Assembly: GCA_012813795.1 (NCBI GenBank)
Contig: GCA_012813795.1_4087.1
DNA length: 64,000 nt
Source: a phage
Reading direction: 5' to 3' (one strand)
Made by a program: the position numbers and the translations under genes. This document shows, piece by piece, positions 39,585-48,663 of the stretch (its first letter is position 1; each line of letters starts with the position of its first letter). A model generated the notes under the pieces. It did not search any database. It was not told where the DNA came from and saw only the letters and a program-made list of their open reading frames with translations.

Positions 39585-39607
39585 TTAGTACTGAATCATT
39601 TAATTCA

Positions 39608-39817
39608 TTAATCATTACTTACTGCAATGATAATCTGCGTATCCGCGTAGTCCTGCCAGACTTCACCGCCAGCCTTTGCCCTGGTTAGTCGTGCTGTCAT
39701 CTGCTTAATAGTCTTAGGCTTTAGTGGAACCTGTTGCAGTACTGTACGCATAGCATCATCGACGTTATAGTGTACGCCTGCAATAGTACCTAGAACGCTG
39801 TATACTGTATAGTTCAT
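39608..39817 (-). CDS. hypothetical protein
   Basis: 69-aa minus ORF. Confidence 0.55.
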   Translation of the reverse strand: MNYTVYSVLGTIAGVHYNVDDAMRTVLQQVPLKPKTIKQMTARLTRAKAGGEVWQDYADTQIIIAVSND

Positions 39818-39885
39818 GTGTATGTACTCCTGATATAGTTAAGGCCGCTAGAGAGCGGCCTATGATGTTTGGTGATGTGTAACGC

Positions 39886-40287
39886 TTACAACCCTAAGAT
39901 AGTACGGGCTTCGTTACGCTCCTTAGTCTGCTGCATGATGTAAGCGAGCAAGTCCTTACTAATGTATCCCGTGCCCATAGCTTCACGGATGGATACATCA
40001 TAAGCACCGAACCCCGTGCGAACGATACGCACATCATTCAGGTTAGTGTTATAGATACCGCCGAGGTCAACGGCTTCAAATACTGCATCAACAGTATATT
40101 CATTGTTACCATCATTGAAGTTTTCCAGTTCAATAGTATTGTTAGTTGCCCAACGTTTACAGCTTCCAATGATGCGGCAATATTCAGGGTGCATGTGACC
40201 ATTGTTTACAGCATACTCCATGCCAGCTTTACCAAAAGTCCGAGCCAGTACTAAAACGTCAGCGTAGGAAGTGATTGAGAAAGTCAT
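39886..40287 (-). CDS. hypothetical protein
   Basis: Track ORF 39886..40350 trimmed to ATG at 40287 (MTFSITSYADV...) preceded by AAGGAG SD; the extension translates the promoter/hairpin module. Confidence 0.65.
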   Translation of the reverse strand: MTFSITSYADVLVLARTFGKAGMEYAVNNGHMHPEYCRIIGSCKRWATNNTIELENFNDGNNEYTVDAVFEAVDLGGIYNTNLNDVRIVRTGFGAYDVSIREAMGTGYISKDLLAYIMQQTKERNEARTILGL

Positions 40288-40341
40288 GGTAGTACTCCTT
40301 AAGTTAGGAGGGAGAACCATTTCCCCCTCTCTATGTAAAAC

Positions 40342-40369
40342 ATTATACACTTTACTAAGTACTATGCAA
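40342..40369 (-). promoter_or_regulatory. sigma70-like early promoter (module copy)
   Basis: Minus strand TTGCAT-N16-TATAAT, then GGGGG..CCCC 5'-UTR hairpin, then SD. Confidence 0.55.
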
Positions 40370-40376
40370 GTACTTT

Positions 40377-40709
40377 TTACATTTTAATACCTGGATTCAG
40401 GTAGCGGTGAGATCCATATTCTGGATCGGTTTCGGTCCAGTACTGTAAATCGATAGTACCTTTAGCGTTAATCTTGTCTACCAGCTTATTCATCTTAGCG
40501 TATACTACGTCCGCATCGATGCGTTTAAAGCCAGTAGCTTTAGTGTAGTAGTAGTGATTTGCTTCGCTATCATTGAGGATATACCGAGCACCGTTTGCAG
40601 TTTGTGCGATAATGATTGAGTATTCTACTTCCCGATCCAGCCCGTCAATGAATACAGATGAAACATTGGTACGGATGAAAGCGTTTACGATAGCGATTGA
40701 AGTACTCAT
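40377..40709 (-). CDS. hypothetical protein
   Basis: Track ORF trimmed to ATG at 40709 (MSTSIAIVNAF...) with AGGAG SD. Confidence 0.6.
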   Translation of the reverse strand: MSTSIAIVNAFIRTNVSSVFIDGLDREVEYSIIIAQTANGARYILNDSEANHYYYTKATGFKRIDADVVYAKMNKLVDKINAKGTIDLQYWTETDPEYGSHRYLNPGIKM

Positions 40710-40860
40710 TTGTGAATCTCCTAACTTTGTGGGCCGTCGCACCATTGCCGCCCTACGAGATACATTATTGCAGTACTGCTATACTTTGTCAATAGTTTTT
40801 TATTAATAGTTTTCCACTCCACCAGCAGATAGTTACTCACCGTTATTAACTATATATTTT

Positions 40861-40950
40861 AGATACACCTATGCACCCTGTGGGCTAGTTTTTGTCTATG
40901 CGTATATAATAGCAAAGGGACTGACCGGAGTCAATCCCTTTTTTTATTCT
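40861..40950. repeat. conserved inter-gene boundary element, copy 1
   Basis: ~90-bp unit: GATACAC..GCACCC-N3-GGGC box, TATATAAT, then GGGACTGAC-cgga-GTCAATCCC hairpin and T-run; near-identical copies at 43931, 47245, 49700. Confidence 0.6.
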
Positions 40951-40956
40951 TTTTTG

Positions 40957-41157
40957 TTAGATGATCTTCCAATCTTCCACGATCATTGTAAGATACCGAA
41001 CCATCGATTCGAGTGATTCGAATTCACGATAATCTGTCGCCCCACCAGCGGTACAAGTACAACCGATTAAGCCATTTTGCAATTCCTTAATCTGTACATC
41101 GATAAGGTTAGCTTTAGCTTCTTTCAGTACTTCAACCAGTGCGATAGCGATAGACAT
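40957..41157 (-). CDS. hypothetical protein
   Basis: 66-aa minus ORF with promoter module upstream. Confidence 0.6.
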   Translation of the reverse strand: MSIAIALVEVLKEAKANLIDVQIKELQNGLIGCTCTAGGATDYREFESLESMVRYLTMIVEDWKII

Positions 41158-41246
41158 AATGTTTTACTCCAAACTATTGGCGGGAGAACTATTCCCCCGC
41201 TCTATGTAAAACATTATACACTATAGGATAGTACTGTCAAATAGTT

Positions 41247-41504
41247 TTATGAGATATCCTCGATATAGTCGGCCCATTTCATTTTTTCAGTACTGTCAAT
41301 GGCTACCGGATTATTTGGATCAAACCATTCACCATTACCGCAATACATCCCCACGGCAACGGTTTTATATCCATCCTGGGCCGTATTCCAGGCAAGGCCA
41401 CGATAGATACGGCCTTTAACTGGTTGCAGTACTGGTAACGTTTTATGGTCTTCTACGTAGGCCATAGCTTGAGGATTTACCCGATATTGTGTGAATTGTT
41501 CCAT
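41247..41504 (-). CDS. hypothetical protein (paralog of 41585..41851)
   Basis: 85 aa; shares V.P..G..Y....W.....Y....G.W.DP..P pattern with neighbour. Confidence 0.6.
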   Translation of the reverse strand: MEQFTQYRVNPQAMAYVEDHKTLPVLQPVKGRIYRGLAWNTAQDGYKTVAVGMYCGNGEWFDPNNPVAIDSTEKMKWADYIEDIS

Positions 41505-41584
41505 GATGTTTCCCCTTTTAATATTGGGGGAGTATTCCCCCTATGCAAAACATTATACACTATCAGTTAGTACTGTCAATACTA

Positions 41585-41851
41585 TCAATTAAATTTAGGA
41601 TGTATTTCAATGTAGTCACAATAAGGAAAATATTCAATATAACGCGTAGTGATTGGATGTAACGGATCGGACCATACACCGCTACCCTCATAGCGTGCTA
41701 GTGGGCCTTTTAAGTACTTTTGTTGTTTCCTTGACCAGTATATGGATTGATAGACTACACCAACGGCAGGGACAACGAGCGGGAGCATAGAGTGATCTAA
41801 TACAACGGATTGATAATTTTTATTATAGCGATATGTTGTTTTCTTTTTCAT
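41585..41851 (-). CDS. hypothetical protein (paralog of 41247..41504)
   Basis: 88-aa minus ORF. Confidence 0.6.
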   Translation of the reverse strand: MKKKTTYRYNKNYQSVVLDHSMLPLVVPAVGVVYQSIYWSRKQQKYLKGPLARYEGSGVWSDPLHPITTRYIEYFPYCDYIEIHPKFN

Positions 41852-41903
41852 TGTTAACCTATTATAGAAATTATTAAGGGGATATTATCATCCCCTTTTA
41901 TTG

Positions 41904-42128
41904 TTATACTAGATTATTTAATCCTCTTATGGTTGATGCTTTTTCTTCTTTCTCCCATTGACGGTAATACTTCCATGCTTCGTGATAGGTGGCGATCAGT
42001 TCATCTTTTTGATCCTGATTACATGCCAGTACTGAATCACGGAAAGCGGTGTTATAGATAGAATCGAATGATTTCTTTTCTGCCGCCAGGTTAGATACTT
42101 CCCGAATCAGTTCATCATGATTAGCCAT
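41904..42128 (-). CDS. hypothetical protein
   Basis: Track ORF trimmed to ATG at 42128 (MANHDELIREV...). Confidence 0.6.
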   Translation of the reverse strand: MANHDELIREVSNLAAEKKSFDSIYNTAFRDSVLACNQDQKDELIATYHEAWKYYRQWEKEEKASTIRGLNNLV

Positions 42129-42196
42129 CGTAGTACTCCTTATTAGTGGGGGAGGATATCTCCCCCTATGCAAAACATTATACTTTGTTTTACTTA

Positions 42197-42460
42197 CTAT
42201 GCAAGTACTTTTTTCATATAAACATTAAATTCTACACCGCCGTAACCTTCTACGATGATATGTTTTGCGTTATCACGCTTGCACATAGTGAAACCGTTGT
42301 TGATATGTTCTGCATTTTCCAGGGATACATCACCGATAGCGGCACATACGGCACTTATAACAGTATTCCGCAAAGTACTGGTATCGTTAGCGGTCATAGT
42401 AGTTTGCAGTACTACGTTGTCGTATACGTGTGCATTGATAGTGATTTCAATAGCGTTCAT
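42197..42460 (-). CDS. hypothetical protein
   Basis: Track ORF trimmed to ATG at 42460 (MNAIEITINAH...); discarded MFYIERGKWFPL is translated promoter/hairpin. Confidence 0.6.
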   Translation of the reverse strand: MNAIEITINAHVYDNVVLQTTMTANDTSTLRNTVISAVCAAIGDVSLENAEHINNGFTMCKRDNAKHIIVEGYGGVEFNVYMKKVLA

Positions 42461-42547
42461 GGTGTATCTCCTGGACTTGAGGGGAAACCATTTCCCCCTC
42501 TCGATATAAAACATTATACGTTGATCTAACTACAATGCAAGTACTTT

Positions 42548-42739
42548 TTAAATTTTATTTCCGATATAGTCCGGCCTATTCTTTTCGGTCATACGCTTTG
42601 CTAATGTTTGCATATGGCTTATCGCGTTTAAGGTGTCTTCCTCCAGGGATGAATCAACATAATCAGGATCATTCTTCACCTTACAATGATTATGATAGCG
42701 TAGTACTGCCAGTACTTTTTTAACTTCTTCAACTGTCAT
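42548..42739 (-). CDS. hypothetical protein
   Basis: 63 aa; ATGA start/stop overlap with the upstream gene (translational coupling). Confidence 0.55.
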   Translation of the reverse strand: MTVEEVKKVLAVLRYHNHCKVKNDPDYVDSSLEEDTLNAISHMQTLAKRMTEKNRPDYIGNKI

Positions 42740-43008
42740 AATAAGTATTCCACTTCGTTAGCTTTCAGGTTAGTATCAATCATCAGTGGATTTTTGTAGT
42801 TCACAAAACGATTAGTTTTCTCGATAGCGAATCCCATATAATCCAGCTTACTAACAGTACATTCATTCTTAAAAACTTCTTTCGCTGCATCGATGGCTGA
42901 TTGCATGGATAACCGACCATCTAAATTAATGTTTCCAAATGATCCACCAGCAGAAGTAGGATTACCGTTCATATCTTTAATGATCATAGTAGCGGAGTAG
43001 CTAGACAT
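42736..43008 (-). CDS. hypothetical protein
   Basis: 90-aa minus ORF with promoter module upstream. Confidence 0.6.
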   Translation of the reverse strand: MSSYSATMIIKDMNGNPTSAGGSFGNINLDGRLSMQSAIDAAKEVFKNECTVSKLDYMGFAIEKTNRFVNYKNPLMIDTNLKANEVEYLL

Positions 43009-43061
43009 AATTTTGTTTCCTTTTAGTATCGGGGAGAACTATTCTCCCCTTGATGTAAACT

Positions 43062-43089
43062 ATTATACAGTACTGATATACTTTGTCAA
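43062..43089 (-). promoter_or_regulatory. sigma70-like early promoter (module copy)
   Basis: Minus strand TTGACA-N16-TATAAT; 5'-UTR hairpin GGGGAGAA..TTCTCCCC; module duplicated ~exactly at 43504-43586. Confidence 0.6.
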
Positions 43090-43095
43090 ATACTT

Positions 43096-43503
43096 TTATT
43101 CGCCCATATAGATTAGATTATCATCGCCTACATAGGGATCGCAAACGTTGATTTCTTCGCAGTACTTAGTGAATACATCGTCATAGTGACCGATATCACG
43201 ATCCCAAAAGCCAGTGCCGTGACCTTCGCGAGTAAGAAAGAGATCATGACCTGCATGATTATAAGTATAATCAGGATTATGGTGTTTTTGTACTGTTTCC
43301 ATATCTTCACCATGTACAGCAAGGAAACGTGAACATGCAATCACTGCCGCTTGATGGGCTTGCTCTGATAATTCATAATCTTCCAGGTAATCGCCGTTCT
43401 CATTGTATACAGTACTGAATTGCATAGCTTCAATGTAACCAGCGACCATTGCAGCATGATTTTTATCGTTGGTGATGTTCCGAGCTTGATTAGTAGTAGT
43501 CAT
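43096..43503 (-). CDS. hypothetical protein
   Basis: 135-aa minus ORF. Confidence 0.6.
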   Translation of the reverse strand: MTTTNQARNITNDKNHAAMVAGYIEAMQFSTVYNENGDYLEDYELSEQAHQAAVIACSRFLAVHGEDMETVQKHHNPDYTYNHAGHDLFLTREGHGTGFWDRDIGHYDDVFTKYCEEINVCDPYVGDDNLIYMGE

Positions 43504-43555
43504 GTTTTTATTCCTTTTAGTATCGGGGAGAACTATTCTCCCCTTGATGTAAACT

Positions 43556-43583
43556 ATTATACAGTACTGATATACTTTGTCAA
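43556..43583 (-). promoter_or_regulatory. sigma70-like early promoter (module copy)
   Basis: Minus strand TTGACA-N16-TATAAT; duplicate of the 43062 module. Confidence 0.6.
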
Positions 43584-43586
43584 TAC

Positions 43587-43808
43587 TTAATTACGTTTAA
43601 AATGATATGTGCCTTTATCATCCTGAACGCCCCATACTGATTTACCATCAACACCAGTGAAGCCGGATTGTAATTCAATATGGAAACCATTATTATCAAC
43701 TACAAAAACTTTTTTATTTTCATCCCGATAACATTGATATTCTGAATCAACATTAAAGGCCGCATCATTCAGAAGATTGGAAGCGTAAATGCAAGTCATT
43801 GTAGTCAT
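43587..43808 (-). CDS. hypothetical protein
   Basis: Track ORF trimmed to ATG at 43808 (MTTMTCIYASN...) with AAGGA SD. Confidence 0.6.
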   Translation of the reverse strand: MTTMTCIYASNLLNDAAFNVDSEYQCYRDENKKVFVVDNNGFHIELQSGFTGVDGKSVWGVQDDKGTYHFKRN

Positions 43809-43930
43809 GATTTTATTCCTTATTGCCAGGGAGAACCGTTTCCCCCTCTCGATATAAAACATTATACTTGATTCTAAGTACAATGCAAGTACTTTTTAAA
43901 AATAGTTTTCAGTACTCAATCATTATACAA

Positions 43931-44020
43931 TAGATACACTCCCGCACCCTATGGGTCAGTGAGCTATCTCTCAATGAATATATAATAGCAAAGGGACTGA
44001 CCGGAGTCAATCCCTTTTTT
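43931..44020. repeat. conserved inter-gene boundary element, copy 2
   Basis: Same unit as 40861..40950, directly 3' of the kinase-like gene. Confidence 0.6.
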
Positions 44021-44028
44021 AATCTTTT

Positions 44029-44613
44029 TTATCGTGTTATAGTTACGGCTTTTACGTCGCGTTGTTTATAGTACTGATTCCAAATATTGCGGGTTAAACC
44101 GTAATCAAGTACTTTAATCAGGCCATTGCGATCCTCGCCTATGTTCTGCTTTCTGATATCTCTTATCGTTAGTGTTGATAAGGTATCATCAACGTGTTGT
44201 AGTGCATCAGCGAAATGGTGTTGGCGTTCAATAGTGTTACGTTTAACATTGTACTTTAATTCATTGCAAGCGTTAACGTGCTTTACACTGCCTTTGCTTG
44301 CAGTACTCAAACGATCCATAACAATAAACATATTATCAGGATCGCTTAAATGCATATGCACTTTCGCAAAGAACTGTTTCAACCGAGGACGGTCATAATC
44401 TAAAAAATTCCATACCTTACATTCTGTTTCATTTTGTTCTACGCCAGCATCACAATTCGCGACCTTAATCACTAACCGATCATTTAAAGCGAATACGATA
44501 CGGGATGATCCGGCCCCGATGATTTCAAGTCCAGCCAACCGACAAACTGTAAGGATCTCTTTGTTAGTTTCCATTTCTGCCAGTGCCCGGATGAATTTAG
44601 TATAGTTACGCAT
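44029..44613 (-). CDS. protein kinase-like protein (T7 gp0.7-type Ser/Thr kinase fold suspected)
   Basis: 194 aa; glycine-rich loop IGAGSSRIVF, conserved lysine context LVIKVA, catalytic-loop-like DIRKQNIG, DFG-like VLDYG; AAGGAG SD. Confidence 0.55.
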   Translation of the reverse strand: MRNYTKFIRALAEMETNKEILTVCRLAGLEIIGAGSSRIVFALNDRLVIKVANCDAGVEQNETECKVWNFLDYDRPRLKQFFAKVHMHLSDPDNMFIVMDRLSTASKGSVKHVNACNELKYNVKRNTIERQHHFADALQHVDDTLSTLTIRDIRKQNIGEDRNGLIKVLDYGLTRNIWNQYYKQRDVKAVTITR

Positions 44614-44664
44614 TGCATTTACTCCTTAAGATAGCAGGGAGGTATTCCCTGCCTTGATGTGACT

Positions 44665-44693
44665 ATTATATGTTAGTACTAATTAGATTGCAA
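44665..44693 (-). promoter_or_regulatory. sigma70-like promoter of the kinase-like gene
   Basis: Minus strand TTGCAA-N17-TATAAT. Confidence 0.55.
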
Positions 44694-44910
44694 CAGTTTT
44701 ATTTGCAATTACTGAATGAATTGCGGTTTTACCTGATTTAGTACTGAATACATTAGCACGACCATTTTCAATAGTGATGCGGTATTCACCTTTACTATCA
44801 ATGAGGTTGATAAATTCAGGAGTACTAAACCGAGTTACTTTAAAAGTCAGTACATTGAGCAGGTCCACCAGCGTAGTAGTTTCTTTGATGCGTTCTAAGA
44901 TATTAATCAT
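44683..44910 (-). CDS. hypothetical protein
   Basis: 75-aa minus ORF. Confidence 0.55.
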   Translation of the reverse strand: MINILERIKETTTLVDLLNVLTFKVTRFSTPEFINLIDSKGEYRITIENGRANVFSTKSGKTAIHSVIANKTVAI

Positions 44911-44975
44911 TTTGTTTCTCCAGTTATTCCGTGTTGGTATAGATACATAGTACTAAAACATTTGAGTACTGTCAA

Positions 44976-45194
44976 TTAGATAATTGCATATTTCTTTAAA
45001 GATAATGCGTCTTGTGTTGGCTGATACTCCACGCCGTTACCGTTATCTACTTTAACTAATAAACCTTTGTCAATTAGTTTTTTAATAGTCCGTTGGCCTT
45101 GTTGAAAATTGGTAAAGTGTGAATCATTACGAAAGGTGTAACCATGTTGGATAGCTACATCAATAGTTTTCTTTTCGACTTTAGATAAATTCAT
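44976..45194 (-). CDS. hypothetical protein, possible small DNA-binding protein
   Basis: 72 aa; basic, ...RTIKKLIDKGLLVKV... reminiscent of a winged-helix recognition helix (weak). Confidence 0.45.
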   Translation of the reverse strand: MNLSKVEKKTIDVAIQHGYTFRNDSHFTNFQQGQRTIKKLIDKGLLVKVDNGNGVEYQPTQDALSLKKYAII

Positions 45195-45248
45195 TTTGTT
45201 ACTCCCCGTGTTGGTATGTACATATAGTACTAAAACATTTGAGTACTG

Positions 45249-45503
45249 TCAACGTGATATTAGTTTTATTTTCTTATTATATTGTTGGTGTTCATAGAGG
45301 TTCATCTTTCCGGTATTCTCGATTACTATCCTGTTGTTAGTGTCCACATCGATTACACGCAGTTTTCCGTTGCTTAACTTCCTCGGTAATAGATTACCAT
45401 TAATAAACTCATTAGCGAGCGTGACGGCCTTTGTGATGATTCTCTGAGGGGCTTTATAGTGTACCCGCAAGATATTATCTTTAGATAGTTGTACCTTAAT
45501 CAT
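45249..45503 (-). CDS. hypothetical protein
   Basis: 84-aa minus ORF. Confidence 0.55.
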   Translation of the reverse strand: MIKVQLSKDNILRVHYKAPQRIITKAVTLANEFINGNLLPRKLSNGKLRVIDVDTNNRIVIENTGKMNLYEHQQYNKKIKLISR

Positions 45504-45516
45504 TTTAGTTTATCCT

Positions 45517-45543
45517 ATAAAAAAGGCGGGAACTGATCCCGCC
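45517..45543 (-). terminator. rho-independent terminator
   Basis: GGCGGGA-actga-TCCCGCC hairpin followed on the minus strand by UUUUUUAU; downstream of 45566..45970. Confidence 0.65.
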
Positions 45544-45565
45544 GTGTTGTTAGTACTGCAAGTTA

Positions 45566-45970
45566 TTAGATAACCTGGCGGCGTTTACTGAATACTGTTA
45601 CACGATTACCCTTACGATCATGTCGGATCTCTTTCTGGTTGCGAACCAGTTCACTTGGACGCTTGAGGTTTGCCAGGTGATCCGCGTGAGTCCAAGCGGT
45701 ATGGTTTGCCTGTACTTTGATATCAGAACCAGCGATAAACTCATCTTGTGCGTCAAGTATTGCCGCCAGCATATCCGCTCGTTTTAGTTCTGCTGCTGTC
45801 AGTACTGGTTCAGGTGAATTCACAATATCAGAGATTTCTTTGAACTGTACGGCCCAGCGTTGGCCTTTCGGTGCTGTCGTTCCCATGTCTTTAAATGCTG
45901 CTCCTTCCTCGCGTGCAACAATACGGGCAGCTTCACGGGTAGCGTAGAATTTAGTAATCATGGTATACAT
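45566..45970 (-). CDS. hypothetical protein (paralog of 56881..57147)
   Basis: 134 aa; shares FxTREqAR..A...GA.FKDMG and IKHDRKGNRVTV with 56881..57147. Confidence 0.6.
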   Translation of the reverse strand: MYTMITKFYATREAARIVAREEGAAFKDMGTTAPKGQRWAVQFKEISDIVNSPEPVLTAAELKRADMLAAILDAQDEFIAGSDIKVQANHTAWTHADHLANLKRPSELVRNQKEIRHDRKGNRVTVFSKRRQVI

Positions 45971-46056
45971 CCTATTAGTTAAGTTAGTACTACAAGTTAG
46001 AGTCTATTATAAAGTACTATCTGGGCAATGTCAAATAGTACTTTAAATGGATTCTA

Positions 46057-46380
46057 TTACATGTCTTTCTTACGTTTTACATCGTTGTAGCGAACTGTTA
46101 TTTCTTTGTTGATCTCTTTTTCTATTTGATGAATAACTTTTTCTTTCGGGTTGAAACCTATAACGGTTTCTTTAATGATCTCCAAGCCTGTGTATTCGCC
46201 TTGTGTGCCGTAACCGTAAGTAAAGGTTTCATGTCCTAAATCCTCCCAGCGATCACCAATCAAAGCAGACACGTAGCAAGAGTGGTAAGTATTGCCGTGT
46301 GAATCAGTCCACCGATTAACATTAATGTCAAAGGAAGTAATAATTTTCAGTTCTACTTTCTGGGTGAGGATCATAGCCAT
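46057..46380 (-). CDS. hypothetical protein (paralog of 51661..51984)
   Basis: Track ORF trimmed to internal Met (MAMILTQKVEL); shares RWTDSxGNTYHSC.VS...FTYGY...NVKRKKD with 51661..51984. Confidence 0.6.
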   Translation of the reverse strand: MAMILTQKVELKIITSFDINVNRWTDSHGNTYHSCYVSALIGDRWEDLGHETFTYGYGTQGEYTGLEIIKETVIGFNPKEKVIHQIEKEINKEITVRYNDVKRKKDM

Positions 46381-46468
46381 TTTTATTTCTCTCTCTTTGT
46401 TAGGAGGGGAACCGTTTCCCCTCACTTGATGTAAACTATTATACAGTACTAAGATACTTTGTCAATAC

Positions 46469-46651
46469 TTATTTTTTGGAAAGTTTACGCATTAATTCTA
46501 CGCTTTCTTGTGAACGTTTTGCTACCTGGCAATCTGCATGGGCAGTAAACATTTTTGTATAGTCTGACGCTTTGCCACCGAACCGAGCGGCACGTTCACG
46601 GGCACTTGGAACTAATACGATTTCTTTCTTACAGATAGTGCACTTAGCCAT
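46469..46651 (-). CDS. small Cys/His-containing protein
   Basis: Track ORF trimmed to MAKCTICKKEIV...; CxxC...HxxC spacing suggests possible Zn binding; the upstream ~90-bp promoter module is identical to that of 46057..46380. Confidence 0.5.
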   Translation of the reverse strand: MAKCTICKKEIVLVPSARERAARFGGKASDYTKMFTAHADCQVAKRSQESVELMRKLSKK

Positions 46652-46739
46652 TTTTATTTCTCTCTCTTTGTTAGGAGGGGAACCGTTTCCCCTCACTTGA
46701 TGTAAACTATTATACAGTACTAAGATACTTTGTCAATAC

Positions 46740-47015
46740 TTAAGTATTGTAAATGTCGTGAATAGTGATAAAGTTTTTACGACCGTAAACCTGTAAATCA
46801 GTATCAATGTAGTGCTTATCAAGTACATCCTCGACGCTTAACGCGGTGTCGTGAATATCTTCGTAGAATTGAGGATCTACAATCTTGCTTAAGTCATCCG
46901 GCGTTAACTTATCGTTAAGCCATTGAACCGCCTGGATATCTGCATCACGTTTCCAGTCTTGCAGGTTAGTAGTAAGTACTTGTTCGATTTCGTTAGCTGT
47001 CAGTAGAATCCGCAT
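46740..47015 (-). CDS. hypothetical protein
   Basis: 91-aa minus ORF. Confidence 0.6.
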   Translation of the reverse strand: MRILLTANEIEQVLTTNLQDWKRDADIQAVQWLNDKLTPDDLSKIVDPQFYEDIHDTALSVEDVLDKHYIDTDLQVYGRKNFITIHDIYNT

Positions 47016-47244
47016 TTTATGTTTCCTTCTCAGTGGTTGATGTAAGTATTATACTCGTTTACTTTCTATTGTCAAACTATTTTATCAGGGGAGTTTTTCG
47101 TGTGCCTTACTCCTGGGCTACTTAACGGGGTTACTTGTTTCATTCCCCGTCCTGATGTAAAACATTATACTTGATTCTAAGTACAATGCAAGTACTTTTT
47201 TATAATAGTTTTCAGTACTAGATAATACGTCCACCAGCATATAA

Positions 47245-47335
47245 TAGATACATTTATGCACCCTGTGGGCTGATTTGTTTCTATGCGTATATAATAGCAA
47301 AGGGACTGACCGGAGTCAATCCCTTTTTCAATTAT
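47245..47335. repeat. conserved inter-gene boundary element, copy 3
   Basis: Same unit as 40861..40950. Confidence 0.6.
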
Positions 47336-47337
47336 TT

Positions 47338-47487
47338 TTAAACTTCTTTTGGGTTGCGATATGTGATAGCGTTAGGGTACATTTTCTTTAAGTTATTCCA
47401 TGCCTGGTTAAGACTATAACCGCTGGATCTTACTAGTTGGTGCATACCTTGCCCCAAAAATGTAACTTCGAATAAGTATTCTTTCAT
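47338..47487 (-). CDS. small protein (49 aa), not in ORF track
   Basis: Hand-translated MKEYLFEVTFLGQGMHQLVRSSGYSLNQAWNNLKKMYPNAITYRNPKEV; GAGGTG SD; ATGA overlap with the upstream gene. Confidence 0.45.
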   Translation of the reverse strand: MKEYLFEVTFLGQGMHQLVRSSGYSLNQAWNNLKKMYPNAITYRNPKEV

Positions 47488-47657
47488 GCTTGCACCTCGC
47501 GATCTGCTTTGCCTTTACGCCAGGCCGTTGCTAATTGTTCGCGTTGCCATACATCCAGCGATACGTAAAGTTTTGCGGTATCACCTTTCGGATATTCGCC
47601 AGTAGTACCCATCCGATAAAACAGATCTTTCAGTACTGTCAATTCTACCTGGATCAT
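47484..47657 (-). CDS. small protein (57 aa), not in ORF track
   Basis: Hand-translated MIQVELTVLKDLFYRMGTTGEYPKGDTAKLYVSLDVWQREQLATAWRKGKADREVQA; AAGGA SD; promoter module upstream. Confidence 0.45.
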   Translation of the reverse strand: MIQVELTVLKDLFYRMGTTGEYPKGDTAKLYVSLDVWQREQLATAWRKGKADREVQA

Positions 47658-47744
47658 GTTACTTTCCTTTTTGTTAGGAGGGGAACTATTCCCCTCTCTA
47701 TGTAAAACATTATACTTGATTCTAAGTACTACACAAGTACTTTT

Positions 47745-47957
47745 TTAATCTTTCAGCCAATGATCTTGGATGAATTTTTCACCGAAGCCTTGCTGCATGG
47801 ATTGTAACAGGCGTTCACGGTGAGCGGCGGCAAATTGCTCAGTACTATGCGTTACACCTGGTTGATATCTGGATTCACCATTGGGGGCGATGTATTGTAC
47901 ATCCCACGGTTTAGCGTTAGTATCAGACCATTTACGAACGATTAGTTGACCTTGCAT
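47745..47957 (-). CDS. hypothetical protein
   Basis: Track ORF trimmed to internal Met (MQGQLIVRKWSD). Confidence 0.55.
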   Translation of the reverse strand: MQGQLIVRKWSDTNAKPWDVQYIAPNGESRYQPGVTHSTEQFAAAHRERLLQSMQQGFGEKFIQDHWLKD

Positions 47958-48043
47958 TTTTCTTTCCTCAGTACTGGGGAGAATCATTTCTCCCCTTCAT
48001 GTAACTTATTATACAGTACTATAATCTATTGTCCAGTACTTTT

Positions 48044-48232
48044 TTAAAGTTTATGAATTAATTCTTTATCTAAACGATAGCGTACATTATTAATTGTAAC
48101 AGCATTGTTTTTAATGCTACGCTGTACAGGTCCACCAGCAATAACAAACGTTGCCTTATTACCCCGAACAATGATAGCACTTCCTGGATTGCCGTATTCA
48201 TCTTGTACTAAAATACTTGATAATTGTTCCAT
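48044..48232 (-). CDS. hypothetical protein
   Basis: 62-aa minus ORF with promoter module (TTGACA-N16-TATAAT) upstream. Confidence 0.55.
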   Translation of the reverse strand: MEQLSSILVQDEYGNPGSAIIVRGNKATFVIAGGPVQRSIKNNAVTINNVRYRLDKELIHKL

Positions 48233-48393
48233 TTTGTTTTCCTCAGTACTGGGAAGGGTTATCCTCCCCTTGATATAAAATATTATACACTATCTATCAG
48301 TACTGTCAATACTTTTTAGTACTTATTTAAACGCTCTCAAACGCATTCTAACGAGCTAATCTATTTTGTAGTACTATCGGATAGGTATATACT

Positions 48394-48422
48394 AAAAAGC
48401 CCACCAGCGTTAACCAGTGGGC
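48394..48422 (-). terminator. rho-independent terminator
   Basis: GCCCAC..GTGGGC hairpin followed on the minus strand by UUUUUAGU. Confidence 0.55.
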
Positions 48423-48428
48423 TATAAT

Positions 48429-48572
48429 CTTACATCTTGCGGATAATCTTAACAGTATCTTTCACCGATTTACCGTCTTGCTGGCATTGTTCGATCATTG
48501 CGTATTGTTCTGTGGTCAGATCTTCGCCAGTTTTTTCCAGTACTGCTTCGATGAATGAATCCAGTGCGATCA
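48429..48572 (-). CDS. small protein (47 aa), not in ORF track
   Basis: Hand-translated MIALDSFIEAVLEKTGEDLTTEQYAMIEQCQQDGKSVKDTVKIIRKM; promoter TTGACT-N16-TATAAT upstream, terminator downstream. Confidence 0.45.
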
Positions 48573-48663
48573 TTTTCTTTCTCTCTTAGGTTAAGTTAAC
48601 TACTGTTTATAAAACTTATTATACAGTACTATCGTATAGAGTCAATAGTACTGGTAATATATT

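Noticed and set aside
47118-47300. Track ORF (60 aa) MLLYTHRNKSAHRVHK...
   Set aside because: Spans two promoter modules and a boundary element; it is translated regulatory DNA, not a gene.
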